Source: Gammaproteobacteria bacterium (GTDB lineage Bacteria > Pseudomonadota > Gammaproteobacteria > JAJFKG01). Taken from it: DNA of 64,000 bases. Within the stretch, counting starts at the first letter, position 1, and each line of letters begins with the position of its first letter. The stretch is taken from positions 99,409 to 163,408 of the forward strand of contig JAJFKG010000006.1 of assembly GCA_021773335.1 (NCBI GenBank), given 5' to 3'. This document shows positions 41,094 to 51,729 of this stretch, one piece after another. The notes under the pieces were generated by a model. It was not told the DNA's origin. It saw only the letters and a list, made by a program, of their open reading frames with translations, and made no database searches. A program made the position numbers and the translations under genes.

Positions 41094-44000
41094 ATATTGC
41101 GACGATATTGTCCACCCACTTCAAAAAATGCTTCAGTTAATTGTCCAAGCGAGCACACTCTTACCGCATCCATTAAAACGGCAAAAACATTTTCATCCTT
41201 ACGCGCAACCTGTTTGATACGTTCTAACATAGATGCAGCCGCTTGTTTATGTTTAGACTGAAAAGCATGTAAGCGTTTTATCTGGTTCTGCTTTTCTTCT
41301 TCCGTGGAGCGCGCCAACTCAATTGTTGTTTCTTGTGGCTCGGGGTGCGGATTACGGAATGTGTTTACACCGACTAATGGCAGGCTACCATCGTGTTTAC
41401 GCATCTCATAATACAAAGACTCTTCTTGAATACGTCCACGTTGATAGCCTGTTTCCATAGCTCCCAGTACTCCGCCTCGCTCACTGATACGCTCTAGCTC
41501 TTGTAAGACAGCTTCTTCGACTAAATCTGTTAATTCATCAATGATAAAGGCACCTTGGTTGGGATTTTCGTTTTTCGCTAACCCCCACTCCTTGTTGATG
41601 ATTAACTGAATTGCTTGTGCACGACGTACAGATTCTTCCGTTGGCGTTGTGAGCGCCTCATCATAGGCATTCGTATGCAAACTATTACAATTATCATAAA
41701 TAGCCTCCAAGGCTTCCAAGGTCGTACGAATATCATTGAATGCCATTTCTTGAGCGTGTAATGAGCGCCCAGAAGTTTGGATATGATATTTTAATTTTTG
41801 ACTGCGCGCATTTGCCCCATAACGTTCGCGCATTGCAATCGCCCATATGCGGCGTGCAACACGTCCCATCACGGTATATTCTGGGTCCATACCATTGGAA
41901 AAGAAAAACGATAAGTTAGGCGCAAAATCATCGATCTTTAAACCTCGCGCCAAATACGCTTCAACGTAAGTAAATCCATTTGCCAGAGTAAATGCTAACT
42001 GACTAATTGGATTCGCGCCTGCTTCAGCAATATGGTAACCTGAGATCGAAACCGAATAAAAATTTCGCACACTTTGCTCAACAAAATAAGCTTGTATATC
42101 TCCCATCATACGTAGACTGAATTCAGTTGAAAAAATACAGGTATTCTGCCCTTGATCTTCTTTAAGAATATCGGCTTGCACTGTACCACGCACGTTTTGC
42201 AACGCATACGCTCTCACCGCCTGTGCTTCTTGCTCACTCGGCATCCGTTTATTCTCTTGGATAAACTTCTCTAACTGCTGATCGATGGCCGTACATAAAA
42301 ACATGGCCAAAATCGTTGGTGCTGGACCATTGATTGTCATAGACACTGATGTTTTAGGATCACATAAATCAAACCCATCAAATAAAGCATGCATATCATC
42401 TAAGGTAGCGACCGACACGCCCGAGTTACCGATCTTTCCATAAATATCCGGACGCTCATGTGGATCGCAACCATATAGAGTCACTGAATCAAATGCTGTT
42501 GATAAACGTTTAGCTGGTGCATGTTCAGATAAATACTTAAAACGTCGGTTGGTACGAAATGGGTCTCCTTCGCCGGCAAACATCCGCCCAGGATCTTCAC
42601 CTTGGCGTTTAAACGGAAAAGTACCCGCAGTAAAGGGAAAATGTCCCGGTAAATTTTCGCGTTTTAGCCAATTCAACAATTGACCTTTATCTTGATATTT
42701 AGGCAAACTTACCTTCGGAATTTTCGTGCCAGAAAGACTCGTATGAAACAATTGCGTATGGATCTCTTTATCACGAACCTTTACTACGTATTCTTCTTCT
42801 AAATAGCGCGCAACTATACTTGGCCAAGCTTCTAATAGGGCTTGCGTCTCTTTATCTAAACTAACCTCACGGTCTTTTATCAAGCTTGTCAAGCGTTTGT
42901 CTTGCTCACCACCGCCACTACCCAACAGCAGCTGAGCGGCTTGTAATTGTTGTAGTTCTGTCACTATCTGTGCTTGCTCACGTGTGTGCTGGTGAAAGCT
43001 GTGTATCGTATCAACAATATCTGCTAAATAGCGTTGGCGCTGCCCAGGTACGATGATCGTATGGTCTTGGGAAATTTTAGTTTGCAACAGAGGTAACTCA
43101 GTTTGCCAATCACCTTTATCTCTAGTTTTAAACAACTCTAATAAGCCTTGATAAAGCGCACTCACCCCTTCGTCATTAAATTTTGCAGCAATCGTACCAT
43201 AGACTGGCATAGCTTCTGGAGCTGAACCAAAAGCTTCGCGATTACGTTGCATTTGTTTACGCACGTCACGCAATGCGTCATCAGCACCACGACGATCGAA
43301 TTTATTAATCGCGACTATGTCAGCAAAATCTAACATGTCGATTTTTTCTAACTGGCTTGCAGCACCGAATTCCGGTGTCATTACATATAAAGAGCAATCA
43401 ACATAAGGCACAATACCAGCATCACCCTGTCCAATCCCGGGTGTTTCAACAATAACTAAATCAAAGTTTGCGGCTTTACACGCTTGAATAATCTGCGTCA
43501 GGCAGGGAATAATTTCAGTCTGTGCAGAGCGCGTCGCTAATGAACGAAAAAACACATTACCATTGTCAATCGCATTCATGCGGATCCTATCACCCAATAG
43601 CGCGCCACCACTCTTACGTTTACTGGGATCTAATGCGAGTACAGCAATTGCCAAATCACCTTTATCATTGCGAAAACGACGAATTAGCTCATCAGTCAAA
43701 GATGATTTACCAGCACCACCCGTGCCGGTAATCCCTAGCACTGGAATATGTGTACGTTGTTCAGCTACTGCGGCAATATGCTGCTGACACGCTTGCGCTA
43801 ACTTATCATTTTCCAATTCAGTAATCAGGCGCGCTAAATGGCATTGCGCGTTGCGATCACGGCTTGCTTTGTCAAGCGCAGCTATATCCAATGACATCGT
43901 GTTACATAAATCACTATCGATACGCTCCAACATATCATTGATCAAACCCTGCAAACCAACACGCTGGCCATCAGCAGGAGAATAAAGACGCTCGACACCA

Positions 44001-44359
44001 TAGGCCTGTAATTCAGCAACCTCCTCGGGGGTAATAACGCCACCACCACCACCGAAGACCTTAATGTGTTCACCGCCTAGCGTTTTTAACTGATCGATGA
44101 TGTATTTGAAAAATTCAATATGCCCACCTTGGTAAGAACTGATCGCGATAGCATGCACATCCTCTTGCAATGCAGCATTGACAATTTCGGCAACGGAACG
44201 GTTATGTGCTAAATGAATAACCTCGGCACCACTCGCTTGTAGAATACGGCGCATGACATTAATTGCAGCATCATGCCCATCAAATAAACTCGCTGCTGTG
44301 ATAAAACGCAGGTGGTGTTTTGGTTGATATTTTACCACCTGTTTTTTAATGTTTGTCAT
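41090..44359 (-). CDS. icmF: fused isobutyryl-CoA mutase IcmF (B12-binding domain + MeaB-like G-protein + acyl-CoA mutase catalytic domain)
   Basis: 1089 aa. The N-terminal DxHxxG B12-binding motif (FDGHDAAIN), the central P-loop GTPase ([12 protein letters not shown]), and the C-terminal methylmalonyl-CoA-mutase-like TIM barrel appear in the IcmF-specific order. Confidence 0.85.
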   Translation of the reverse strand: MTNIKKQVVKYQPKHHLRFITAASLFDGHDAAINVMRRILQASGAEVIHLAHNRSVAEIVNAALQEDVHAIAISSYQGGHIEFFKYIIDQLKTLGGEHIKVFGGGGGVITPEEVAELQAYGVERLYSPADGQRVGLQGLINDMLERIDSDLCNTMSLDIAALDKASRDRNAQCHLARLITELENDKLAQACQQHIAAVAEQRTHIPVLGITGTGGAGKSSLTDELIRRFRNDKGDLAIAVLALDPSKRKSGGALLGDRIRMNAIDNGNVFFRSLATRSAQTEIIPCLTQIIQACKAANFDLVIVETPGIGQGDAGIVPYVDCSLYVMTPEFGAASQLEKIDMLDFADIVAINKFDRRGADDALRDVRKQMQRNREAFGSAPEAMPVYGTIAAKFNDEGVSALYQGLLELFKTRDKGDWQTELPLLQTKISQDHTIIVPGQRQRYLADIVDTIHSFHQHTREQAQIVTELQQLQAAQLLLGSGGGEQDKRLTSLIKDREVSLDKETQALLEAWPSIVARYLEEEYVVKVRDKEIHTQLFHTSLSGTKIPKVSLPKYQDKGQLLNWLKRENLPGHFPFTAGTFPFKRQGEDPGRMFAGEGDPFRTNRRFKYLSEHAPAKRLSTAFDSVTLYGCDPHERPDIYGKIGNSGVSVATLDDMHALFDGFDLCDPKTSVSMTINGPAPTILAMFLCTAIDQQLEKFIQENKRMPSEQEAQAVRAYALQNVRGTVQADILKEDQGQNTCIFSTEFSLRMMGDIQAYFVEQSVRNFYSVSISGYHIAEAGANPISQLAFTLANGFTYVEAYLARGLKIDDFAPNLSFFFSNGMDPEYTVMGRVARRIWAIAMRERYGANARSQKLKYHIQTSGRSLHAQEMAFNDIRTTLEALEAIYDNCNSLHTNAYDEALTTPTEESVRRAQAIQLIINKEWGLAKNENPNQGAFIIDELTDLVEEAVLQELERISERGGVLGAMETGYQRGRIQEESLYYEMRKHDGSLPLVGVNTFRNPHPEPQETTIELARSTEEEKQNQIKRLHAFQSKHKQAAASMLERIKQVARKDENVFAVLMDAVRVCSLGQLTEAFFEVGGQYRRNM

Positions 44360-44588
44360 AATGTGATGTCCTTCTACGTCAACCGGCGCATGGATAATAA
44401 CAAATCGTCATCTGCCCGCAATAAAATCATAATTTGTACACACGGATATACGCTCAGGAAGGCCAATTTAAATACAGGAGGTTATTAGTCGCGCATGTTT
44501 TTCCTTTCATTACCTGCAAGCACTGCCTATAATGGGCAACATTTGCTAATTATTCCGCAAAGCTACTGAATAATTACAACATTTGTAG

Positions 44589-46031
44589 TTGCAATATAAG
44601 GCGCCCAGGATGGGATTACAGCTCGATCAGACGCAGATCAAAGGTCAGGGCCATGAGCTATTCATGGCACACTTACAACAAGAAACTGATTTACTAAAGC
44701 AATGGTTTGTTAACAAGCACTTCGCTGACAATGAATTAGAAATCGGTCTTGAGATTGAGTTTTGGCTACGCAATCAAAAAATGCGCTGCGCACATCAAAA
44801 CCTGGAGCTGATAGCCAAAGCCAAAAATGACATTCTTATCGAGCCTGAGGTAATGGCTTATAGCGCCGAAATTCAAAGTGATCATTATCCAGCAAATAAT
44901 GATTTCCTCAATAAATTAGGCACCAATTTACACAATGCATGGCACAAATGTATTAGTGCAGCCGAGAAACTCGATTTAGTCTTACTTTTGATTGGCACGC
45001 CACCTGACTTGTGTAAACGCGAATTGCATCGTCGCAATATTACCGATGTTGCGCGCTTTAAAGCGCTGAATCAACGTGTAATAGAGTTACACAACAAAAG
45101 CTATGCCAAGATAGATATCCAGGGCCGTGATCATCTTCGGATGAAAACGCAAGAAATTCAGCTTGCAGCAACTACAGCGGCCTTTCAAATTCATATTAAG
45201 GTAGGTTTGGCAAACTCTCATCGTTATTATAATGCTGCGCAAATTTGTTTAGCGCCACTAACTGCTATTGCTGCAAATTCACCCTTTTTTCTACGCAAAC
45301 AATTATGGGATGAAACTCGCATCCCGCTCTTCGAACAAACCTTAGTAACAAAAACGCAAGGAAAAAGTCGAGCATTATTTGGTGATCGCTATATTGATTC
45401 TATGTACGACTTATATAGCGAAAATATTGAGAGATTTTCCTTCTGGCTAGATGTCTGTCGTGATGCACCGCTTGAAGAAATGTGGCATCTACGCCTACAT
45501 AATGGCACAATTTATCGCTGGAACCGCCCTGTAATAGGTTTCGAAGACGGCACAGATCAACCTCACCTGAGAATTGAAATGCGCACCATACCCACAGGCC
45601 CTACCATTAACGATATGCTCGCCAATGCTGCATTTTTTATTGGCCTCACGCACAAACTTACGATACTGGACTCACCACCAGAAACAAACTTATTGTTCAC
45701 CGATGCTAAACAAAATTTTTACCAAGCAGCGGAACATGGCTTACAAGCTCCAATGACGTGGCTAAAGAATAAAAAAACAACTATCCAAAACTTAATGCTC
45801 GATGAACTATTGCCGCTAGCAGAAAGTGGCCTACAACAATTAGGCATCACGCAGAATACTAGCAAAAAATATTTAAACACTATTGAAAAAAGGGCACAAA
45901 ATCAACAAACTGGCAGTCAGTGGCAACAACAGTTTATGGCGAAACGAGGACGTAAATTTATTGATATGTTAAAAATCTATCGCCAGCTACAATATGAAAA
46001 CTCACCAGTGCATGAGTGGCCTGTGAGTTAA
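44589..46031 (+). CDS. carboxylate-amine ligase, GCS2 (glutamate-cysteine ligase family 2 / YbdK-like) superfamily, long form
   Basis: The EIGLEIEFWL motif matches the GCS2 signature (lGvEeE.f). At 480 aa it is about 100 aa longer than YbdK. The start may be MGLQLD at 44610. Confidence 0.6.
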   Translation: MQYKAPRMGLQLDQTQIKGQGHELFMAHLQQETDLLKQWFVNKHFADNELEIGLEIEFWLRNQKMRCAHQNLELIAKAKNDILIEPEVMAYSAEIQSDHYPANNDFLNKLGTNLHNAWHKCISAAEKLDLVLLLIGTPPDLCKRELHRRNITDVARFKALNQRVIELHNKSYAKIDIQGRDHLRMKTQEIQLAATTAAFQIHIKVGLANSHRYYNAAQICLAPLTAIAANSPFFLRKQLWDETRIPLFEQTLVTKTQGKSRALFGDRYIDSMYDLYSENIERFSFWLDVCRDAPLEEMWHLRLHNGTIYRWNRPVIGFEDGTDQPHLRIEMRTIPTGPTINDMLANAAFFIGLTHKLTILDSPPETNLLFTDAKQNFYQAAEHGLQAPMTWLKNKKTTIQNLMLDELLPLAESGLQQLGITQNTSKKYLNTIEKRAQNQQTGSQWQQQFMAKRGRKFIDMLKIYRQLQYENSPVHEWPVS

Positions 46032-46040
46032 GCAATCATT

Positions 46041-48260
46041 CTACGCTGTCTCGAGTTTGGCATACGAAGCTACAAGCCATTTAGTTTCACCATTTTCAAA
46101 ACGGACTTGAACGCGCGTATGGTTACCATCCCCTTCAAAATCAAGCACAGTGCCTAAGCCAAATTTACTATGTTTAACACGTTGTCCGATATCCAGCCCC
46201 GTGGTATTACTGCTTTGACGTGGTCGAACGTTATTGCGTGCACGCTTCGCGCGCCGTGGTGAATAGCTCGTATCACCAGAATAAGACGATGCATAATCCA
46301 CGCTCGGTCGACTGACCTGTGTGCGTACGCGGACATCCTGCATAAGCTCAGGTGGGATTTCCGCAATAAAACGCGAAGGACGTTGCATACTTTCGTGGCC
46401 ATGCATACGTCGACTTTCGGCATACGATAAGCATAATCTCTGCATGGCGCGTGTCATACCGACGTAGCACAAGCGGCGTTCTTCTTCGAGGCGCCCAGGC
46501 TCCTCAATTGACAGATAATGCGGAAATAAGCCTTCTTCGATCCCACATAAAAATACAATAGGAAACTCTAAACCTTTAGCTGAGTGTAACGTCATCAACT
46601 GCACGCAATCACTGAATTCATCACCCTGTCCTTCACCAGCTTCAAGGGCGGCATGCGCCAAAAACGCATTCAGCACAGATTGCTCCGTATCTTCATGCAC
46701 AAATTGGCGTGTTGCGGTAATCAGTTCCTGTAAGTTCTCTACCCGTGCTTGTGCTTTTTCACCGCGTTCTTGTTGATAGAACGGTAACAATCCACTGACT
46801 TCTAGCACATGTTCAGTCAACACATGCAGATCAAACCCGCGGCAAAACTCCGCCATATCATCAATTAGTTTGACGAAATCATTTACCGCGCGCGACGCAC
46901 GTGACGCCAATGCTTGTGCTTCAATGAGAGCACAGGCTGCTTGCCATAAGGAAGTCGCTTTATCCCGCGCATAAGCACGCAACGCTCCCATAGTGCGTTC
47001 GCCAATACCGCGTACCGGCATATTGACAATACGTTCAAACGCGGCATCATCGTTACGATTAAGCAACAAACGCAAATAGGCTAATGCATGCTTGATCTCA
47101 GCACGCTCAAAGAAGCGCAAACCGCCATAAACACGGTAGGGAACGCCTCTGCGTAGTAATTCTTCCTCAAGCACACGCGATTGTGCATTTGAGCGATACA
47201 GAATAGCAACATCACTGCGCGCGTTGTCCGCGCTAACCCATTGCGTAATCCTTTCAACTATAAAACGCGCTTCTTCCAAATCATTGTACGCTGCATATAG
47301 ACTGATTGGTTCTCCCATTTCGCCGGAAGTCCATAAGCTCTTACCCAAGCGAGCCCCATTATTCGCGATCAGGGCATTAGCGGCTTGTAATATCGTGCCT
47401 GTGGAACGGTAGTTCTGCTCTAGGCGATGCACTTGTGTATCAGGATAATCATTTTGAAAACGATGAATATTTTCTATCTTAGCACCGCGCCAACCATAAA
47501 TGGATTGGTCATCATCACCGACTACCATTAAAGTATTTTGCTTGCCCGCCAATATGCGCACCCAGGCGTACTGAATAGCATTAGTATCCTGAAACTCATC
47601 AATTAATATATGCGCGAAACGCTGTTGATAATGTTGTAATATTTCTTTATCGTTTAGCCACAACTCATGCGAGCGTAATAATAGCTCCGCAAAATCAACC
47701 AGCCCGCCACGCTCACATGCATCTTGATAAGCTTGATAAATACGTTTCATTGTTTGCGCATAGATATCTTCCTGATCATTCAAATGCTGTGGCCTTAAGC
47801 CTTCATCCTTTTTACCGTTAATAAACCATTGCGCTTGTTTAGCGGGCCACTTATCTTCGTCTAAATCGAGCGATTTGATCACACGCTTGAGTAAACGTTT
47901 TTGATCTTCACTATCAAGAATTTGAAAATTTTCTTCTAATCCTGCTTCACGCCAATGCGCCCGTAGTAGGCGATGTGCAAGTCCGTGAAATGTGCCTATC
48001 CACATTCCGCGTGCAGGAATGCCGAGCAATTGCTCAACTCGATTCCGCATTTCTGCAGCTGCTTTATTGGTAAAAGTTACCGCTAAAATTCCATATGGCG
48101 AAACTTGTTCGACTTGAATCAACCACGCAATACGTTGCACCAACACCCGTGTTTTGCCACTTCCGGCACCAGCCAACACTAATTGATTGCATACCGGAGC
48201 TGACACTACCGCTTGTTGCGCTTCATTCAAACTTGTTAACAATTGATTTTCGATGGACAT
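46041..48260 (-). CDS. uvrD: DNA helicase II
   Basis: High, full-length similarity to E. coli UvrD (LVLAGAGSGKTRVLVQRIAWLI...TFTNKAAAEMRNR), including the UvrD-specific C-terminal tail (GQRVKHSKFGLGTV). Confidence 0.95.
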   Translation of the reverse strand: MSIENQLLTSLNEAQQAVVSAPVCNQLVLAGAGSGKTRVLVQRIAWLIQVEQVSPYGILAVTFTNKAAAEMRNRVEQLLGIPARGMWIGTFHGLAHRLLRAHWREAGLEENFQILDSEDQKRLLKRVIKSLDLDEDKWPAKQAQWFINGKKDEGLRPQHLNDQEDIYAQTMKRIYQAYQDACERGGLVDFAELLLRSHELWLNDKEILQHYQQRFAHILIDEFQDTNAIQYAWVRILAGKQNTLMVVGDDDQSIYGWRGAKIENIHRFQNDYPDTQVHRLEQNYRSTGTILQAANALIANNGARLGKSLWTSGEMGEPISLYAAYNDLEEARFIVERITQWVSADNARSDVAILYRSNAQSRVLEEELLRRGVPYRVYGGLRFFERAEIKHALAYLRLLLNRNDDAAFERIVNMPVRGIGERTMGALRAYARDKATSLWQAACALIEAQALASRASRAVNDFVKLIDDMAEFCRGFDLHVLTEHVLEVSGLLPFYQQERGEKAQARVENLQELITATRQFVHEDTEQSVLNAFLAHAALEAGEGQGDEFSDCVQLMTLHSAKGLEFPIVFLCGIEEGLFPHYLSIEEPGRLEEERRLCYVGMTRAMQRLCLSYAESRRMHGHESMQRPSRFIAEIPPELMQDVRVRTQVSRPSVDYASSYSGDTSYSPRRAKRARNNVRPRQSSNTTGLDIGQRVKHSKFGLGTVLDFEGDGNHTRVQVRFENGETKWLVASYAKLETA

Positions 48261-48332
48261 ATATTCTCTCTAGTCACGCTATAGCTTGCAGCATTATCCT
48301 AGAAAACGGTAGGTAAAGCCAGGATTGTAAAC

Positions 48333-49112
48333 TTATGCTTTGATTGGCGCGGGAAGCTCAATCTCTATTGCTAGAGGCAGATGATCGGAATAGGGTCGTT
48401 GAAATACTTCAACAGCATGTACATTTAAACCAGGGCTTACGAGAATATGATCTAAATCGCGACGCGGTCGCCAACTGGGAAAAGTGCGCAAAGAACTAGT
48501 GACAGGTAACAATGATGTATCACGCAATGGCGAATGTGCCATTAAGCGCTGGCAACTGCAATTCATATCACCCATAACAATAACGTGCTTATAGTCTTCG
48601 ATTAACTCAGCGATATAGCTTAGCTGCATATTGCGCGCGCGTTTACCCAAGGCAAGGTGAATCGTCACTAATACCAGTGGTTCACCCTGCATATCAAAAC
48701 GTGCCATAATCGCACCACGTCCTGGAATCATGCCCGGTAATTTATGGTTACACACAAAATCCGGCGCGATGCGTGACAGAAAACCATTGCTATGTTGGCC
48801 TAGTCGTCCAAGATTACGATTTAATTGATAATACCAATGCGGAAATTGGCCGCGCTCAGCAAGGTATTTCACTTGGTTGACAAAACCGCTACGCAAACTG
48901 CCTGTATCAACCTCTTGCAAGGCAACCACATCAAACTCTTTAACGACAGCAGCAATCAAATCAAGATTTTGACAGCGCTCCATGTCTGGCAACACATGTC
49001 GCCAACCACCCGTAATATAACGTCGCCAGTTCTCTGCAGGGATGCCGGCTTGAATATTATAACTCAGCAAACGTAAGCGACGCTCAGCAGTTGCCACTGG
49101 TAAGTTTACCAT
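48333..49112 (-). CDS. endonuclease/exonuclease/phosphatase (EEP) family protein
   Basis: LLSYNIQAG...VVALQEV and the C-terminal SDH catalytic motif (YSDHLPL). The start is set at MVNLPV; the ORF is open to 49166. Confidence 0.7.
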   Translation of the reverse strand: MVNLPVATAERRLRLLSYNIQAGIPAENWRRYITGGWRHVLPDMERCQNLDLIAAVVKEFDVVALQEVDTGSLRSGFVNQVKYLAERGQFPHWYYQLNRNLGRLGQHSNGFLSRIAPDFVCNHKLPGMIPGRGAIMARFDMQGEPLVLVTIHLALGKRARNMQLSYIAELIEDYKHVIVMGDMNCSCQRLMAHSPLRDTSLLPVTSSLRTFPSWRPRRDLDHILVSPGLNVHAVEVFQRPYSDHLPLAIEIELPAPIKA

Positions 49113-49241
49113 TTGCGTCTCATGCAGTTGTGTTCGCGCAGTTGATTGGTACACACGTAGCCTCAAGATCTTGTCAATAAAAGCGAATAGTACGATTTAA
49201 TAATAGCAAATTTCGCTGTCCGCGACATTGGCCACAGGCAA

Positions 49242-49931
49242 TTACTGGCGCGATGCTTGTTTATTCTCACCTTGTTGCTCCTTCGTTATCTTTTTAATAA
49301 GATAATCAACCACTTGTATAAGTTGTTGGTCGTCACCATTAACCATACTTGTGTTTGTGACATATTTATCGCCAACGACAATTGTCGGAATTTGCGTAAT
49401 TTTATAACGTCGCATTAAATTAGCAGCATTTGCCATTTGGGCATCCATCCCAGGTGAGGGTGCATAAGCATCTAAAAACTTCTGCTTATCAATCCCTTGT
49501 TTAGCAACAAAGTTCGCGAGATCTTGGTCATTATCAAAATTGAGCTGCTGTTTTTGCACGGCAGTAAATAGCGTTGGTGAAATTTTCTCAGCAACACCTA
49601 ATGCTTTTAGCGCATAATAAGCACGCGCCAAATTTTTCCAGTTGGGATGAAAAACAACGGGGACACGCTCAAAATCGACATTTTCTGGCTTGGTCTTTTC
49701 CCATTTCTCAAGGGTAGGCTCTAAATGGTAACACCAAGGACAGCCGTAACTAAAAAATTCAAGCACCACAATTTTGTTACTTGCTACAGTTGGCGCAGTA
49801 GCTTTATTTAATATTTTATACTGCTTGCCGGCCTGATATTGCTGCGTTGTTTTAGCTGGTGCTGCTGTAGCAAAAAGTGGCAAAAACCCGCAAGTCACAC
49901 ATAAAAAGCTGCTTATTAATAATTTTTTCAC
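49242..49931 (-). CDS. dsbA: thiol:disulfide interchange protein DsbA
   Basis: Signal peptide plus the thioredoxin CPWC active site (FFSYGCPWCYHLEP). Confidence 0.85.
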   Translation of the reverse strand: MKKLLISSFLCVTCGFLPLFATAAPAKTTQQYQAGKQYKILNKATAPTVASNKIVVLEFFSYGCPWCYHLEPTLEKWEKTKPENVDFERVPVVFHPNWKNLARAYYALKALGVAEKISPTLFTAVQKQQLNFDNDQDLANFVAKQGIDKQKFLDAYAPSPGMDAQMANAANLMRRYKITQIPTIVVGDKYVTNTSMVNGDDQQLIQVVDYLIKKITKEQQGENKQASRQ

Positions 49932-49976
49932 GTTAGTGTTTACTCCTATTATTAGCGTTACGATAAAACCATTTTA

Positions 49977-50648
49977 TTAATGTAAACCGGCAATATAGCT
50001 CGCCACCGCTTCCATCTCTTCTTTATTCATTTTCATGGCGATTTCACGCATTATTTTATTGCTATCATTTTTGCGTTTGCTATCTTTGAATGCTTGTAAC
50101 TGGGAGAGTGTGTAAGTTGGATTCTGTCCTGCAAGCGCCGGGAAATGAGCTTGCGCATTACCACGACCGCGTGGACCATGACAAGCCATACAAGCGGGAA
50201 TACCTTTTTTCAAGTCACCGCCACGATAAAGCTGTTGGCCTAACTCTAATTTCTGCTCTTCTACCACACCTGTCGTTGGGCTTAGACTCGCGTAATACGC
50301 CGCTAAATCTACAATATCTTGTTCTGATAAATTAGCAACAATCGGGTACATAACATCGTTGTGACGCCCCGTTTTCTCACCCTGCTTAAATGCGTTTAAC
50401 TGCTTAATGAGATAGTTTTGATGTTGTCCAGCAAGCTTAGGCCATTGCCCAATTTCAGTATTGCCATCAACGCCATGACAGGCCACACACGTCGCTGATT
50501 TTTCTTTGCCCGCGGCAATATTACCCTTAGCGAATAATGGTGGCGCACACAACAGTAAGATGGTGGCTGCAATTATCCCTAAGCTTGCAAGATACGTACG
50601 CCCAACAGATTTAACGAAACTTATCAAGTTAGAGACTCCCTTACCCAT
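49977..50648 (-). CDS. cc4: cytochrome c4 (dihaem)
   Basis: Two CxxCH haem-binding sites (CVACHG, CMACHG), each followed by a Met ligand region. There is a signal peptide. Confidence 0.85.
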   Translation of the reverse strand: MGKGVSNLISFVKSVGRTYLASLGIIAATILLLCAPPLFAKGNIAAGKEKSATCVACHGVDGNTEIGQWPKLAGQHQNYLIKQLNAFKQGEKTGRHNDVMYPIVANLSEQDIVDLAAYYASLSPTTGVVEEQKLELGQQLYRGGDLKKGIPACMACHGPRGRGNAQAHFPALAGQNPTYTLSQLQAFKDSKRKNDSNKIMREIAMKMNKEEMEAVASYIAGLH

Positions 50649-50811
50649 ACACGCGCTTCCTTTATTGGCTACCTTAATTTATAAGTTATATTGAGCATTA
50701 TACAGGACTTACCTTCCTAAATCGAACAAGCTAGCTTAGACTGAGGGGGCTTTTCCAAGACCAACTATGTTACACTCTCTTAACCAATCAACCCAGTAGA
50801 CGATTAAGACG

Positions 50812-51423
50812 ATGACAATCCACTACAATCAAGCAGCATTCCTGCAGAGTGTCGCTAAGCTATCGCAATTACCGCCAGATGAAGGCCGTGAAGTAGCAGT
50901 TGCAGGACGCTCTAATGCCGGTAAATCAAGCGCTATCAACGTTCTAACCCAGCAAAAAAGTCTTGCTCGCACCAGTAAAACGCCAGGTCGCACGCAGTTA
51001 CTTAACTTTTTCATACTAAACCGCCAATGCCGCTTAGTTGACTTACCCGGTTATGGCTATGCGAAAGTCAGCCACGCCATGAAAAAACATTGGCAAGCAT
51101 TGATCGAGCAATACCTTTTACAACGTCAATGCCTCAGTGGAATTGTCTTAGTCATGGATATCCGTCATCCATTAAAACAATTCGATCAAGACATGATTAC
51201 GTGGTCACAGGCCAGCCAACTACCGCTCCACATTTTGCTCACTAAAGCTGACAAACTTAAGCGTGGTGCTGCACAACAAACTTTACTTGCCATACACAAG
51301 CAATTGGACAGTTATCCAAACGTTTCTATCCAGCTGTTCTCTGCCCTCAAACAACAAGGCATCGAGGAAGCCCATCAAAAACTCGATGAATGGCTTTTGG
51401 GAGAAGGGACGGACACACGCTAA
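50812..51423 (+). CDS. engB: ribosome biogenesis GTP-binding protein YihA/EngB
   Basis: [12 protein letters not shown] (G1) and DLPGYGYA (G3). It is divergent from cc4, as in Pseudomonas and E. coli. Confidence 0.9.
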   Translation: MTIHYNQAAFLQSVAKLSQLPPDEGREVAVAGRSNAGKSSAINVLTQQKSLARTSKTPGRTQLLNFFILNRQCRLVDLPGYGYAKVSHAMKKHWQALIEQYLLQRQCLSGIVLVMDIRHPLKQFDQDMITWSQASQLPLHILLTKADKLKRGAAQQTLLAIHKQLDSYPNVSIQLFSALKQQGIEEAHQKLDEWLLGEGTDTR

Positions 51424-51537
51424 GGACGCAAACAGAGCGTCCGTAAATTTAAGTTCCCATACCTAGAAAGATGCGACCAGTTGTGGCTTGTTTATGCTCT
51501 TCTCCTGCACTAGAGGGCTTTAAATAAAGCCTTAAGC

Positions 51538-51576
51538 AAAAAAAACCCCGATTCTTTTACAAGGGAAAAGTCGGGG
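51538..51576 (-). terminator. rho-independent terminator for srkA (CCCCGAC...GUCGGGG followed by U8 on the minus strand)
   Basis: On the plus strand this reads aaaaaaaaCCCCGAttcttttacaagggaaaagTCGGGG; on the minus strand the stem is followed by 8 U. Confidence 0.65.
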
Positions 51577-51729
51577 TTAAATCAATGACCCAGCTGGGGA
51601 AAACTGGGCCAAATCCCGCCTCGAGAGGAAAGGCGGGTAGCGCCACGGGGAGGCGCCATACATAAATAGACTCCACAAAACCTAGGAAGTTCATACGGAT
51701 TTATGATTGAAAATCGATGTTCTTTTTTA

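Noticed and set aside
41090-44359. Reading IcmF as the Dot/Icm or T6SS membrane protein IcmF (TssM)
   Set aside because: The domain content (B12-binding + MeaB GTPase + acyl-CoA mutase barrel) is that of the fused isobutyryl-CoA mutase. There is no TM or TssM architecture. No other secretion-system genes are in the window.
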